Shown here in pieces: positions 50,064 to 60,425 of a DNA stretch of 64,000 bases. Numbering within the stretch: position 1 is the stretch's first letter; the number at the start of each line of letters is the position of its first letter. The position numbers and the translations under genes were made by a program. The DNA is taken from the NCBI GenBank assembly GCA_021613535.1, contig CP075493.1, forward strand, positions 17,980,001-18,044,000, given 5' to 3'. The notes below the pieces were generated by a model that saw only the letters and a program-made list of their open reading frames with translations, ran no database searches and was not told where the DNA came from. Origin of the DNA: Adineta vaga (Eukaryota > Animalia > Rotifera).

Positions 50064-52021
50064 AAAAAATGAATCGATTGATCCAGTTGTAAAGCATAAC
50101 GTTTTTCTCGTAATGCAAGATAACTTTTGTATGTAGTCAAAGGAAGTTGATTGGAATCTTCAATTGGAAAACCTTGAATTATTCGATTAATTTTTTCTTT
50201 GAGAATTTCAGTATCTTGTGCCAATGTTTCTATATAATATTCCATGCCATCCTTCTGAAAAGATTTCAAAATTGAATTCATTTTATCATATCGAGCTTGT
50301 ATTTGTTCCTTTTCGAGAATAGATTCATTAAAATTAAATCTATAGGTTGTTTTACCAACAAATTTTGGAAATAAATTTATTTGAAAACGTTTACTCGTAA
50401 TATGATAATTTCTATTATATGTATTCCATAATTTAATTTTTGATTGTAGAATTTCGTGTATATTCAATTGTGTTGAAGTAGCCATTTGTTCAAATTCTTT
50501 ATATTTTTTATATTCTTCCATTTCCGTTTTGGCTATATCGAGACGGATGTCAGCTATTTTCTTGATATGCTGAATCTTTTCTTTAATATAGTCAGTTAAT
50601 AATCGTTCGATATTTTTAACTTCTATACGACTTTGATTTGGAGTAATCGTCGTTTTTGTTGTTGTTGTTGTTGTTGTTGTTGTTGCAGGTGGTGCTGCTG
50701 CTGCTGCTGCTGCTGTCACTGCGACCGTTTCTGCTATTGTTTCTGTCTCTGTGATTGCCATTGGGATAATATCATCATTATTATTATCTTTTGTTGTTGT
50801 TGTTGTAGAAGAAGGAGGATGATGATGAGCTGATGTTGTTGTAATTGTTGCACTTGCAGGTGTAATATATACATCTCTTTTATTTCGAATTTGTGACCAA
50901 TAATGTGCTAATTTAATTTGTAGATTATTAATCTTTGTATTAGCTTGATTAATTATGGTTTCGAAATGATCAATCTTTTTTTGTATAAATATTTTGCATG
51001 TGTCATCGTTACGTGTTCTTGTACGATTAACAACTTCTTTAGTCCAATGTTTATATTCAATACCTAATTTTTGATAACCTTGCCATACTTGTAATTCATA
51101 ATCTGATCGAATCCATTCATTGTAGATTGGAGCAGCTTCTATAACAAAACATTGATTGCCTGTACTTTTAGTAATTTCATTTGTTCTTGAATTAGTTGAT
51201 AACCATTGAGCAAATCTATTAATATTTAAGTATGAACGATGTTTTGTTTTTGGAATTTTGTTATCTTTCTTTTTCGTATTATTTTTCTTATTTTTCTTGT
51301 TGTTGTTGTTGCTTTTTAATGAATACGATTTATTATCATCATCATCAACAACTTGAACAAATTCATTTTCATCATTATTATCATTATCAATAGTAGCTAA
51401 TATATCAAATGGATTTTGATGAACAGGAATTTGATTATTATTCTGTTGTTGTTGTTGTTGTTGTTGAATTCGACCTTGTTGACGTCGAAATGCTGATGTT
51501 GTTGTGTGTGGTTTATGTTGATTGTTTCTATTATTCGATCGTTGTCGTTGTTGCCTTTGTGGTAATGCATTATTTGTTGGTAGTGGTGGTGCTACTGTTG
51601 TTGCTGCTGTATTATTATTATTATTAATAGCAGCAATAGTACTAGTAGTATTAGTATTTGAATTCGGTGCTACCTGATTTGTTTGTTGATGATTTGTAGT
51701 AGAACTACCACGATTATTATTAAATGGACGACGAGGACGACGATAATGATAATAATAATCGTTATTGTATGGATAATAATAAGGCATTGGAGGATGATAA
51801 GGTATATTATTATAATAAAATGGAGGAGGAGATGGTGGTGATGGAGGAGGTAAATAATAATTATTATTTGGTGGTGTTGGTTGATAATATCCATGATTTC
51901 CATAATTTGGTGGATAATATGATGGATTATTATTATTATTATTATTGTTCGCCCCATAAACACCACCATAACCATAACCGTATTGTTGTTGTTGTGGATT
52001 ATTTGGAGTTATTGTTGACAT
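49955..52021 (-). CDS. Athena ORF1, coiled-coil protein with low-complexity Y/P/N/Q-rich N-terminus
   Basis: 688 aa directly upstream of and overlapping the RT frame; helical C-terminal two-thirds and basic NLS-like tracts. Confidence 0.85.
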   Translation of the reverse strand: MSTITPNNPQQQQYGYGYGGVYGANNNNNNNNPSYYPPNYGNHGYYQPTPPNNNYYLPPPSPPSPPPFYYNNIPYHPPMPYYYPYNNDYYYHYRRPRRPFNNNRGSSTTNHQQTNQVAPNSNTNTTSTIAAINNNNNTAATTVAPPLPTNNALPQRQQRQRSNNRNNQHKPHTTTSAFRRQQGRIQQQQQQQQNNNQIPVHQNPFDILATIDNDNNDENEFVQVVDDDDNKSYSLKSNNNNKKNKKNNTKKKDNKIPKTKHRSYLNINRFAQWLSTNSRTNEITKSTGNQCFVIEAAPIYNEWIRSDYELQVWQGYQKLGIEYKHWTKEVVNRTRTRNDDTCKIFIQKKIDHFETIINQANTKINNLQIKLAHYWSQIRNKRDVYITPASATITTTSAHHHPPSSTTTTTKDNNNDDIIPMAITETETIAETVAVTAAAAAAAPPATTTTTTTTTKTTITPNQSRIEVKNIERLLTDYIKEKIQHIKKIADIRLDIAKTEMEEYKKYKEFEQMATSTQLNIHEILQSKIKLWNTYNRNYHITSKRFQINLFPKFVGKTTYRFNFNESILEKEQIQARYDKMNSILKSFQKDGMEYYIETLAQDTEILKEKINRIIQGFPIEDSNQLPLTTYKSYLALREKRYALQLDQSIHFLEEYRVEDDINLIATKETIVPTTHIRSLGTTLSVRI
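50037..50069 (-). promoter_or_regulatory. -1 programmed ribosomal frameshift signal (U_UUU_UUA plus hairpin)
   Basis: TTTTTTA at 50069-50063 in the correct phase of ORF1, followed after 5 nt by ATATCG-agtcgagga-CGATAT. The -1 frame reads into the RT. Confidence 0.85.
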
Positions 52022-52073
52022 TGTAATCGTTTGAATAAGTTGAGATTAAATAATGTAATAAATAAGTGCGAAC

Positions 52074-52281
52074 TAATATGAAAACAACTTGATCTATATA
52101 ACTAGGATATAAACCAAATTGCTAAACCCAACTTTTGCTTTTCAGCAATCGATTCAAAGTCAAAAAGTAACTTGATAAATTAATGGATAGATGTTTGAAA
52201 ATGATATATAATATAATAAATGCAGAGTTTAGCTTTGCCGACGCGTTTCGTACCTTTACAAAGGTAGTACTCTTCAGGGCT
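52074..52281 (-). repeat. pLTR copy upstream of ORF1
   Basis: Direct repeat of 47816-47991 plus hammerhead. Confidence 0.9.
52237..52280 (-). ncRNA. Minimal type I hammerhead ribozyme
   Basis: GCC-CTGAAGA-GTAC...GTAC-GAAA-CGCG-TC-GGC. Confidence 0.88.
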
Positions 52282-52448
52282 GTACTAATATATCTGAAAG
52301 AGAAAAAGAAAGAAAGAATGAATGAACGAAAAAATGAATGAATGAATGAATGAATGATATGTTTATAGCTTGATTAAATGAAAGTAAGAAAAAGAACATC
52401 TATGAGTTCAGATTGTTAACTTAAATTGTATAGTTTATCTTTGATTTG

Positions 52449-53114
52449 TTATACTTGTGTAAAATATATTGATTGACTTATTTCAAAATCTAGTCGTTTT
52501 TCACGTAACATATGATATCGTATAAATGCATTGTAACTATTTTTTTCTTTGTCAGTTTGTTGTTGAAAACCTTGAATGATTGTTTGAATTTCTTTGTTTT
52601 TTGCTTGAAATGCTGAATTAATTGATTGAGCATATGATTCCGTATATTCTTTATGATATTTATTTGTTAATTGACGCATTCCATAATAGAAAATTTTATT
52701 GTATTTTCGATTTAAACCTGTTTCTTTACATGAAAAGCTACTTTTACTTGATGAAACTAATTCATGTAATACATTATATTCAGCATATCTTTGAATAATA
52801 AGATGTATTTCTTTCAATTGAGACCACGATTTTATCTTTGATATTAATATTAAATGTGGTTCCCAATGAATTGAATTAGCAATTCGTTTGAAATCTTGTA
52901 ATGCTTGATATTCTTTTGATTGTATTTCAGTTTGACTCTGTTGCTGTTCGTGAATATTATTATCATAAGTTTGATAACGATTGTTATTGTTATAATATTG
53001 TCGCTGTTGTGGTTGATAAGATTGATGAACATTTCCATGATTATAATTATCATATGACTCACATTTTGTTGCTGATCGCTTGTTGGAGATTGAATTGTTT
53101 CGTTTCGATAACAT
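52449..53114 (-). CDS. Coiled-coil ORF1 paralog (C-terminal part only)
   Basis: ILISKIKSW, IIQGF and LREKRLDFEISQSIYF align by eye with ORF1 ILQSKIKLW, IIQGF and LREKRYALQLDQSIHF. Confidence 0.75.
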   Translation of the reverse strand: MLSKRNNSISNKRSATKCESYDNYNHGNVHQSYQPQQRQYYNNNNRYQTYDNNIHEQQQSQTEIQSKEYQALQDFKRIANSIHWEPHLILISKIKSWSQLKEIHLIIQRYAEYNVLHELVSSSKSSFSCKETGLNRKYNKIFYYGMRQLTNKYHKEYTESYAQSINSAFQAKNKEIQTIIQGFQQQTDKEKNSYNAFIRYHMLREKRLDFEISQSIYFTQV

Positions 53115-53159
53115 ATTTTAACTGAACAGGGAAAAATGTGAAACAGATGAAAGTATAAT

Positions 53160-53320
53160 CTAGAAGGATATTCAATGTGAAACAGATTAACTTATATATG
53201 TAAAATACAAATTAATTTGCTAATTTCAACTCTTGCTTTTCAGCAATAAATCTTCAATACCAAATGATGTATATTTGCTAGACTTCTAATGAAAAATAAA
53301 TGTAGAATTTACTTCATTTA
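53160..53320 (-). repeat. Degenerate pLTR-like repeat without hammerhead
   Basis: Shares TATATA...TTGCTAA...CAACT.TTGCTTTTCAGCAAT...ATAAATG.AGA.TTTA with the pLTR. Confidence 0.65.
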
Positions 53321-53530
53321 TCGTAGATAAGTGTCATGGATTCATGTTTATATAAATTGATAACCAAAAAAGCGTATGAAAATAGAATGTGTTCTCTATC
53401 TAAAATAGAAAGAAATATGTGTTAATGAGTAAACGAAAAAACATGTTGAAATAGAAAAACAAAGAAAAAAAACTAGAACAATGTTATATTAGTCTATGTG
53501 TAATGCTGATGTTTAATATTTTCCACGTAT

Positions 53531-54547
53531 CTAGAAGAAACTATAGAATTGAAGAAAAAAGATAATGATTAACGAAGATCTATTTACTTGACGAAGATTA
53601 ATATGTGCTTGAATATAATTTTGGACTTGTTCACGAGTCCATTGTTGTTCGATAACTATTGCTAATGTACTAATAGCTGAAAATATATGTTTACTAATAA
53701 TATTATCAATAGTATCATGATAAAGATATTCACCAAAGGTATATCCAATAGCTTGATTGATTTCCCATTCTTCATTAATAGATTTTAATGGACGATATGA
53801 ACAGGAACACAATGGACCATCAATTGTGTTAAATTTTAATTGCTGTTGACAATAATGATGATGAATAAAGGTATTATTATACCATTGTTTGAATTGTTTT
53901 TGTATATTTATATAATTAATTGGATGAGACATATCACGATAGAAAAATTCATATTTTTCTAATATTGAAACCATATTGTTGATATTTCCCCATATATAAA
54001 CACGATTTGATGAATCCATAATTATATTAAATAATTGTTGGATTTGTTCAAGTACATCAGGTGGATATTCCAATGAACGTCTAATTGAAACCATTAAAGA
54101 AAATGAATTCTGTATCAATTCTAAATGAATATAATCATTTTCTTCAAGATAAACATTGGAATAAAATAATGTAAATTTTGTTGTTGATGCTGCAGTACGA
54201 ATTAATTCATTGATATTTGATAGTGTTGTTAATTCATCGATATGAATACATCGATATGGTTGTAATGGCATATATTTTGGTAAATCATTTAATTTCCGTT
54301 GTTGTTTTTTTGAAAACCACTTATCCATGAATGATTCCATAATAGAAAAGTAATTTTGTCTTTGTAAATAAATGTTTGACCAGTCATATCCATGGATAAA
54401 TAATACAAGTAGAAATGAACAACCAAGTACTTTAATAAATAATGCCAAACATATGTTGATATGAACAGAAAAGTCCATGAAATCCATAGGTATGCATACA
54501 ATGATAAAAAAACAGGTGACTATTAGAAATAATGATGAAGAATTCAT
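53531..54547 (-). CDS. DEDD/DnaQ-like 3' exonuclease homolog, probably inactive, with N-terminal hydrophobic helices
   Basis: IHLELIQ, YIWG, INIQKQFKQWYN, H..C...CSCSYRPLK and W.I..AI..TF pattern. The ExoI DxE position reads FTLFYS. Paralog of 60426-61307. Confidence 0.6.
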   Translation of the reverse strand: MNSSSLFLIVTCFFIIVCIPMDFMDFSVHINICLALFIKVLGCSFLLVLFIHGYDWSNIYLQRQNYFSIMESFMDKWFSKKQQRKLNDLPKYMPLQPYRCIHIDELTTLSNINELIRTAASTTKFTLFYSNVYLEENDYIHLELIQNSFSLMVSIRRSLEYPPDVLEQIQQLFNIIMDSSNRVYIWGNINNMVSILEKYEFFYRDMSHPINYINIQKQFKQWYNNTFIHHHYCQQQLKFNTIDGPLCSCSYRPLKSINEEWEINQAIGYTFGEYLYHDTIDNIISKHIFSAISTLAIVIEQQWTREQVQNYIQAHINLRQVNRSSLIIIFFLQFYSFF

Positions 54548-54569
54548 TGAAGAATTTGTAGTAGATATC

Positions 54570-54783
54570 TGAAATCAAGATCAAACCAATTAATTTATAT
54601 ATTTAAAATACAAATGAATCTGCTCAGTTCAATTCTTGCTTCTTCAGCAATTGATCTGTAATGTCAAATAATGTATATATATATATATGTATTCAATCGA
54701 TGTCTAATATAATGTATAAATGTAGAATTTGCGTTCTCGACACATCTGTGTATCTTCTCAAAAGACAGTACTCTTGAAGGCTT
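54570..54783 (-). repeat. Degenerate pLTR with decayed hammerhead
   Basis: pLTR-like core; minus strand GCC-TTCAAGA-GTAC...-CAGA-TGTG-TC has lost the CTGA and GAAA boxes. Confidence 0.65.
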
Positions 54784-54909
54784 GCAATAAAATTATAGAT
54801 CTGAAAAGAGAATGAAAATGAAAATGGTATAGAGTTATAAGTTGGTTACAAAAAAGAATGAAATAAAAGAACTAAAGTGAGATGAAACAAAAACAAGAAA
54901 CAAGATAAA

Positions 54910-55728
54910 TCATTTAATGGCTTTCATAAAATCTTTTAATAAAAGAAAATGACCAGCATGTGCTTTAGCCGTTTGAATTTTGATATCAATTGATTTTCGA
55001 AAATGTTCATTACGTTGCATGATATAATCACGGACATATTGTTGTAATTTTAATGCTGAATTATCAAAGTTATCTTTTGGAAATACCATGTTTCTAATAC
55101 TTAAACCAGATAATTCCAATAAATTTTTAATAATTTGTACATCACAATTACGTTTTCTATGTGTTTTATATACCACTGAACACTTATTGTAATCATCAAT
55201 TAGAGAATGAATATTATTATTCAAAACATTTATTTTCTCTTCTATGAACTTAATTTTTGTACTATTATCTGATTTTTGAATTGATCGAAACATTTCCGGT
55301 GCCCAATAATCACAGTTTTGTCCTAATTTTAAATAAACTTTCCAAAGCTTTCGTCCATTATCATCTTTAACCCATTTATCCAAAATAGAAGCTAATGTTA
55401 TAACATAAACATATGTTACATGATCAGGTATCATTAAATTTCCATCAATGGATTTATTTGCAAACCAATTTAGTATTCGAATTCCATCAAGATAACTACG
55501 ATTATCACATTCATTACAACCATTATAATCTGCAGACTGTTGTAATGGCCCTTGTTCAATATGAGAAGAAGAAGATGAAGAGGAATTCGTTTGAAGATTA
55601 TTAGAAGGATTATGATCATCATCATTTGAATTTCCAGATATATCCAAAATGTCATCATTTGTCAAATTAGGAACTGTTGTATTGAATGCTATCAATGAAT
55701 AGATGAGATACAAAGAAGAATCAATCAA
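54910..55728 (-). CDS. Coiled-coil ORF1 paralog (central part only); true start uncertain, possibly spliced
   Basis: LWKVYLKLGQNCDYWAPEM, FIEEKI and DYI...IDIKIQTAK align with ORF1 VWQGYQKLGIEYKHWTKEV, FIQKKI and DYI...ADIRLDIAK. Confidence 0.7.
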   Translation of the reverse strand: MIDSSLYLIYSLIAFNTTVPNLTNDDILDISGNSNDDDHNPSNNLQTNSSSSSSSHIEQGPLQQSADYNGCNECDNRSYLDGIRILNWFANKSIDGNLMIPDHVTYVYVITLASILDKWVKDDNGRKLWKVYLKLGQNCDYWAPEMFRSIQKSDNSTKIKFIEEKINVLNNNIHSLIDDYNKCSVVYKTHRKRNCDVQIIKNLLELSGLSIRNMVFPKDNFDNSALKLQQYVRDYIMQRNEHFRKSIDIKIQTAKAHAGHFLLLKDFMKAIK

Positions 55729-56889
55729 TAGATTGTAGAAATCTAGAATATATTCAAAAACTAAATAATATCAACATATGGTGAATACAACATGTTGTTT
55801 ATTATAGAATAAATCAAACTAAATGACTTCAAAAATAAAACAATAATGAGAAAAAAAACTATGTCAATCAGATAATGTTGTTGTATTAATACCATGGTGG
55901 AGGAGGTAAATCTAACCAATCTGCTAGAATATGAGTATTATTAATTGCAATTGGTATTATTTCATTGTGTTCTATGAATCGACTTTGACGAGGCATGTTT
56001 GAGAATATTCTGCAATACAAAATAACACTTTATTATTGTATGGTTTTTTTTTAATACAACTGATATTATAATAAAAACATATTCATAGAAAATTATAGTA
56101 TAAAGTGGTATTTATAAAATTGATTACAGAGAAAGACAAAAAGATTCTATTACAATACAATAAACAAAAAATTAAAACTATAAGAAAATTTACAAAAAAA
56201 AAAGAATACAACTAACAAACAACTACATTACATTCAAAATAAAAACATAAAAAATAAAAATCTTATTCTATAACTTAATCTACAGGATACTTTTTATTCA
56301 AAATCCCATTCAACTGAAATCATCTCAAATAAGTTACTAATCACCTATCTGATCATGTTCTATCTGGTGGTATAGCCACTACAGATAGATACGATGACCT
56401 AACGCAAAAGCTCACTTAATCTATTTAATGTCCGTATTCGACGATATGCCATTACCATTTGAATTCGACGATACTTAATCTCAAAATTCCCTACAAAAAG
56501 TTACAGAGAAGAGATGTAATCACTAGCACAAAGATAACTATGAAGTTATCTTTATGGCCGGAAAGGATTAGCTATCACTGGACCACTCTTTCCAACAAGC
56601 ACATCGATATATAAATACATATATATCGACGCTAGTGATTACGAAAGAATTAAAGATGAAAAACAAACACATTCTAACTCAATCTCAAATACAACTACAA
56701 GATTTTTATTCTAATTTTTGTATATAAGAAACACCAAACCAATGAAAATATACTAAAACCTCTAAGACTAATCTCAAAAATGAAAACCCAAATATAAACT
56801 AGTACGTACCAATTCGAAGAATGAAGATATATAATGAAAAAAAATGAATAGAATTAATGAAAAAGCAGCGATTTATATAGATATGTATG

Positions 56890-57225
56890 CGACATACCAG
56901 CTACGACATAGCAGGTTCGACATAGTAGGTACGACATATCAGTTAAGACATAGCAGCTAACGACATAGGAGCTGCGACATACCAGATTCATTATAGAAGG
57001 AACGACATAGCAACTACGACATAGCAGCTAACGACATAGGAGCTACGACATAGCAGGTTCGACATAGTAGGTACGGCATAGCAGTTACAACATAGCAGTT
57101 ACGACATAGTAGGTACGACATAGCAGTTGCAACATATCATTTAAGGCATAGGAGATACGACATAACAGATATTTATCATTGAGAACGACATAGGAGCTAC
57201 GAGATAGGATTTACGACATAGGAGA
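56890..57225 (+). repeat. Minisatellite of about 20 copies of a 14-15 bp unit CGACATAG(C/G/T)AG(C/G/T)TA
   Basis: Directly visible; interrupted twice by related ATT(C/T)AT.AT.GA..(G)AA spacers. Confidence 0.9.
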
Positions 57226-58512
57226 TTTATTATAAAAGGAGTAGAATATGGATTAGTTTATATAAAATAATTTCATTCGAATTTGAGATAGGTAGATTTT
57301 AGTTCGGAAGAACTTTACAAGTGACTGTTTAAATTCTCTCATGCCTAGTTTCTAAATGGAAACATAGGTTAAGATTTTTTCTGAATTAAATTTATTTCAT
57401 TTATTTCTTTTCTCTTGAGAAAAATAGGTGAAGTTTTGATTTGTATATGTGAATAGAAAAAGAAAGATAGAGATATTTTGAATTTACATATAAATGACTA
57501 TAGTATTCTAACAATAAAGAAATATTCTTGTATTCGTATTAATAAATTTTTTCTTTATTCTTTCAGATTGTTTTCTGTTGACCTACTACTATTATTATTA
57601 TTATTATTATTATCATTATAAAGAATCTCTTATAACTTATTGAGAAGTAAGAAAATATACAAATCTTTAATAACAAATAGAAAAAAAGGATTCTAATTTC
57701 TTTTCTTTTACTTTTCATTTTAGATTTTCTTTTAAATGGCTTAAGTTCTATTTTTTTTGTTTTATATTTAAATTCAATTCGTCGACAGGTAAGTATTATT
57801 TTAATTTTATTGAGATATTTCTTATGTAGTGAGGATAAAATAGAAGATAGATAATAAGCACTTAAGTTTCTTTTTCTTATATAATGAATTCTTTTCTTCT
57901 TCATTACTGGCGTCAGGTGAGAATAAGGCCGCCCATTGGTCGCCCTTCTTCCTGACTCAAGAGTTAGTTATATTTAATAGCTATACTCTACCAGTAACTA
58001 TTTCTTTAAACTAAGTGTAATATTCTTTAGAATGAGTATAGATAAATGACGTTCGTTGAATTATTTTAATTTAAGAACAATTGAGAGAAGCTTTCTAAAT
58101 AATTAACGAGTTATGAGTAAACTTTTTCTACATAAATATTAGTAGTGAGAGTGAATCAAGTTTTTTTTTTATTTGTTGAATACAATCATAAGTTCAAGTA
58201 GACAAGTGGATTGTATCAATCATTGTGATGTTAAATTCTAGCTTTCATTCGATTCTGTCCCGCTGTCAAAAGTGTTGATGGCAGGAGTTTTAGGATAAAA
58301 ATGAAAGTTAGTAATCATATGATAAATATGATACAATTTAAGCAGTGATTGTTTTCATTTCTTTTCTGTTTTTTTTTCTATTGATATAATTAACAAAAAA
58401 GAACAATAGAATTGAGTATAAATTATAATAATTATTATTAAAATGTAATATTCATATATTTATAGATTAAGAAAATAGTTTCTTTTAAGTAGCTATACTA
58501 TCATATCGTACA

Positions 58513-59727
58513 ATGTCATATATAACGCGTAGTTTACCACCAAATATGGATAAAATTCCTCGAATTCAAAGACAACCATTAGCACTTGATCAAGCTAAGG
58601 TTGCTAAATCAACAAAAATTTCTTTAGTGGCAAATCGTTTGCCACGAGATGATTATTTAAAGATCTTCAAAGGGCTTACTATTTTATTCATTGGTGACAA
58701 TACAATTCGTACTCTCTATCGAGATCTTTGTTCGGTTCTTCAGTACGATCGATTACTTACCGCTGATGAGACTGCACGTCCACATGGAGATTATCATCTA
58801 ATCGAAAGTATATATCTACATATAGTAGTGAAAGAGTATATTTGTAAAATTTATCTTTGTTTTTAATGTAGATGAGCATGTTCTCGTAAAAGAAGGAAAA
58901 CTTAAGACAGACGAGTATCGTGATATTAAAGAATTCGTTCTTACAGAGGATTCTACTCGTTTAATATATATTTACATTGCAACAATTTTCAATGGCATTC
59001 CTCAATTTAATCTTGAACATCTAAAAACTATCAATCAACAATCATCTATCGATATGATTGTATTTTGTTCATATGGAAATGATTTTACTAAGTAAATTTA
59101 GAAAGAGTGTAGTTATCGTAGTTTTGATTTTTTTGAATAATTTTTTAGAGCAAAAATCCAGTCTTCTAAAATGAAATCAAACGCTTATTTTGAGAAATAT
59201 CTCGTTGAGTTAAGTAACTTTTTAAATTACTTAAGAAATTTTTGTCATGTTCCAAGTAAAACTCAACACTTTTTCTGGTTCACACCTCTTCCACAACCGT
59301 TTCATGCATCGCCAATTAAAGAGGAACAATTTGAACGATTTCTCAAAGTTACTACAGATCTTGTTATTAAAACAGATGATTTCATTTCATTCGATCGTTA
59401 TGACATTTGGAAACGTCGCAAGGATTTGACCGTTCCTCAAAACGGATATCTTTCGTTACATGGTAAAATAGAATAATTAGTCATAGATTACAGTAATTCT
59501 CATGAGTTCTTTTTTCTTCTTATTAATTCAAAGGAATTCGTGAAGTTAATGATTGCTTTGCACGATTTTTTGCAAATAAAGTTAATCGACCTTTTACATC
59601 TTCAATTCCACCTTCGAAAAGTCCACTGAGTCATCTAAATGATAAGCCATCTTCTCATACAGAATGGCCAAAAACAACTTCACAAACATCAACAAAATCA
59701 GATCGATATCATCCATATAGTCGTTAA
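58513..59727 (+). CDS. Spliced SGNH/GDSL (PC-esterase-like) hydrolase homolog; exons 58513-58807, 58872-59091, 59149-59462, 59534-59727
   Basis: ILFIGDNTIRTLYRDL resembles block I (GDS..R..Y.DL); DMIVFCSYGND and FFWFTPLP follow. Three GT-AG introns join in frame and the protein ends RYHPYSR. Confidence 0.75.
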
Positions 59728-60425
59728 TGATCATTTTCATTTAATCATATGACATTTGTTTTTTCATTTTCATAGTTTTCGTTGTTATTTTATTTGTTTA
59801 TTACTTATCATTATGAAAAAAAGAACAAACTAAAATTGTTTCTGATGTTATTCGCCATCTGATTAGGCAAAATAAAGCTTTTCTTCTTTGAATTCAAGTA
59901 TGCATTTCAAACAATTTATGTTCAGGTAAGATGAAAATAGAAACAATTAAAAAAAACAAAAACATTTACATGTTAAAAGTTTTCAAATTGAAATGGTTTT
60001 AAATACACAAACTGTCTCTTTACTATATAATGTCATTAATTGTGAATATCGTCTTTTGAATTAGATAACCTTTGTGATGATACCGGGATGTGTTCATTTG
60101 AAGATTATCAGAAAATCAAAATAGTTCAATTCGTTATATTATCATCTGTTACATTGTCAAATGATATTTGCTATTAACATCATCATATACGAATAAGACC
60201 CAGAGAATTATACAACTTTCCTAGATAGTAGAATGATCTAGAATATACTAAATTATATCGTTCTTTTTTTTTTCAAAAATGTTCGTATAAATCAAAAAGA
60301 AAATGAAACTGATACTATATGTTCTACGTTTGATAATAATAATAATAATAATAATAAGAAGAAGAAGAAGAAGAAACAACAAGGTTTTGCTATGTCATGA
60401 GTGATATAATCGTCTGTCAGGTCTA

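Noticed and set aside
50633-52026. Cys-, Val-, Ile- and Tyr-rich short ORFs
   Set aside because: They are alternative-frame translations of trinucleotide tracts in ORF1.
55887-55996. Short minus-strand ORF (MPRQSRF...) as first exon of 54910-55728
   Set aside because: The obvious donor and acceptor phases did not match, so I could not support it.
56890-57225. CRISPR-like array
   Set aside because: Units are 14-15 bp and contiguous, with no unique spacers or cas genes, in a eukaryotic context.
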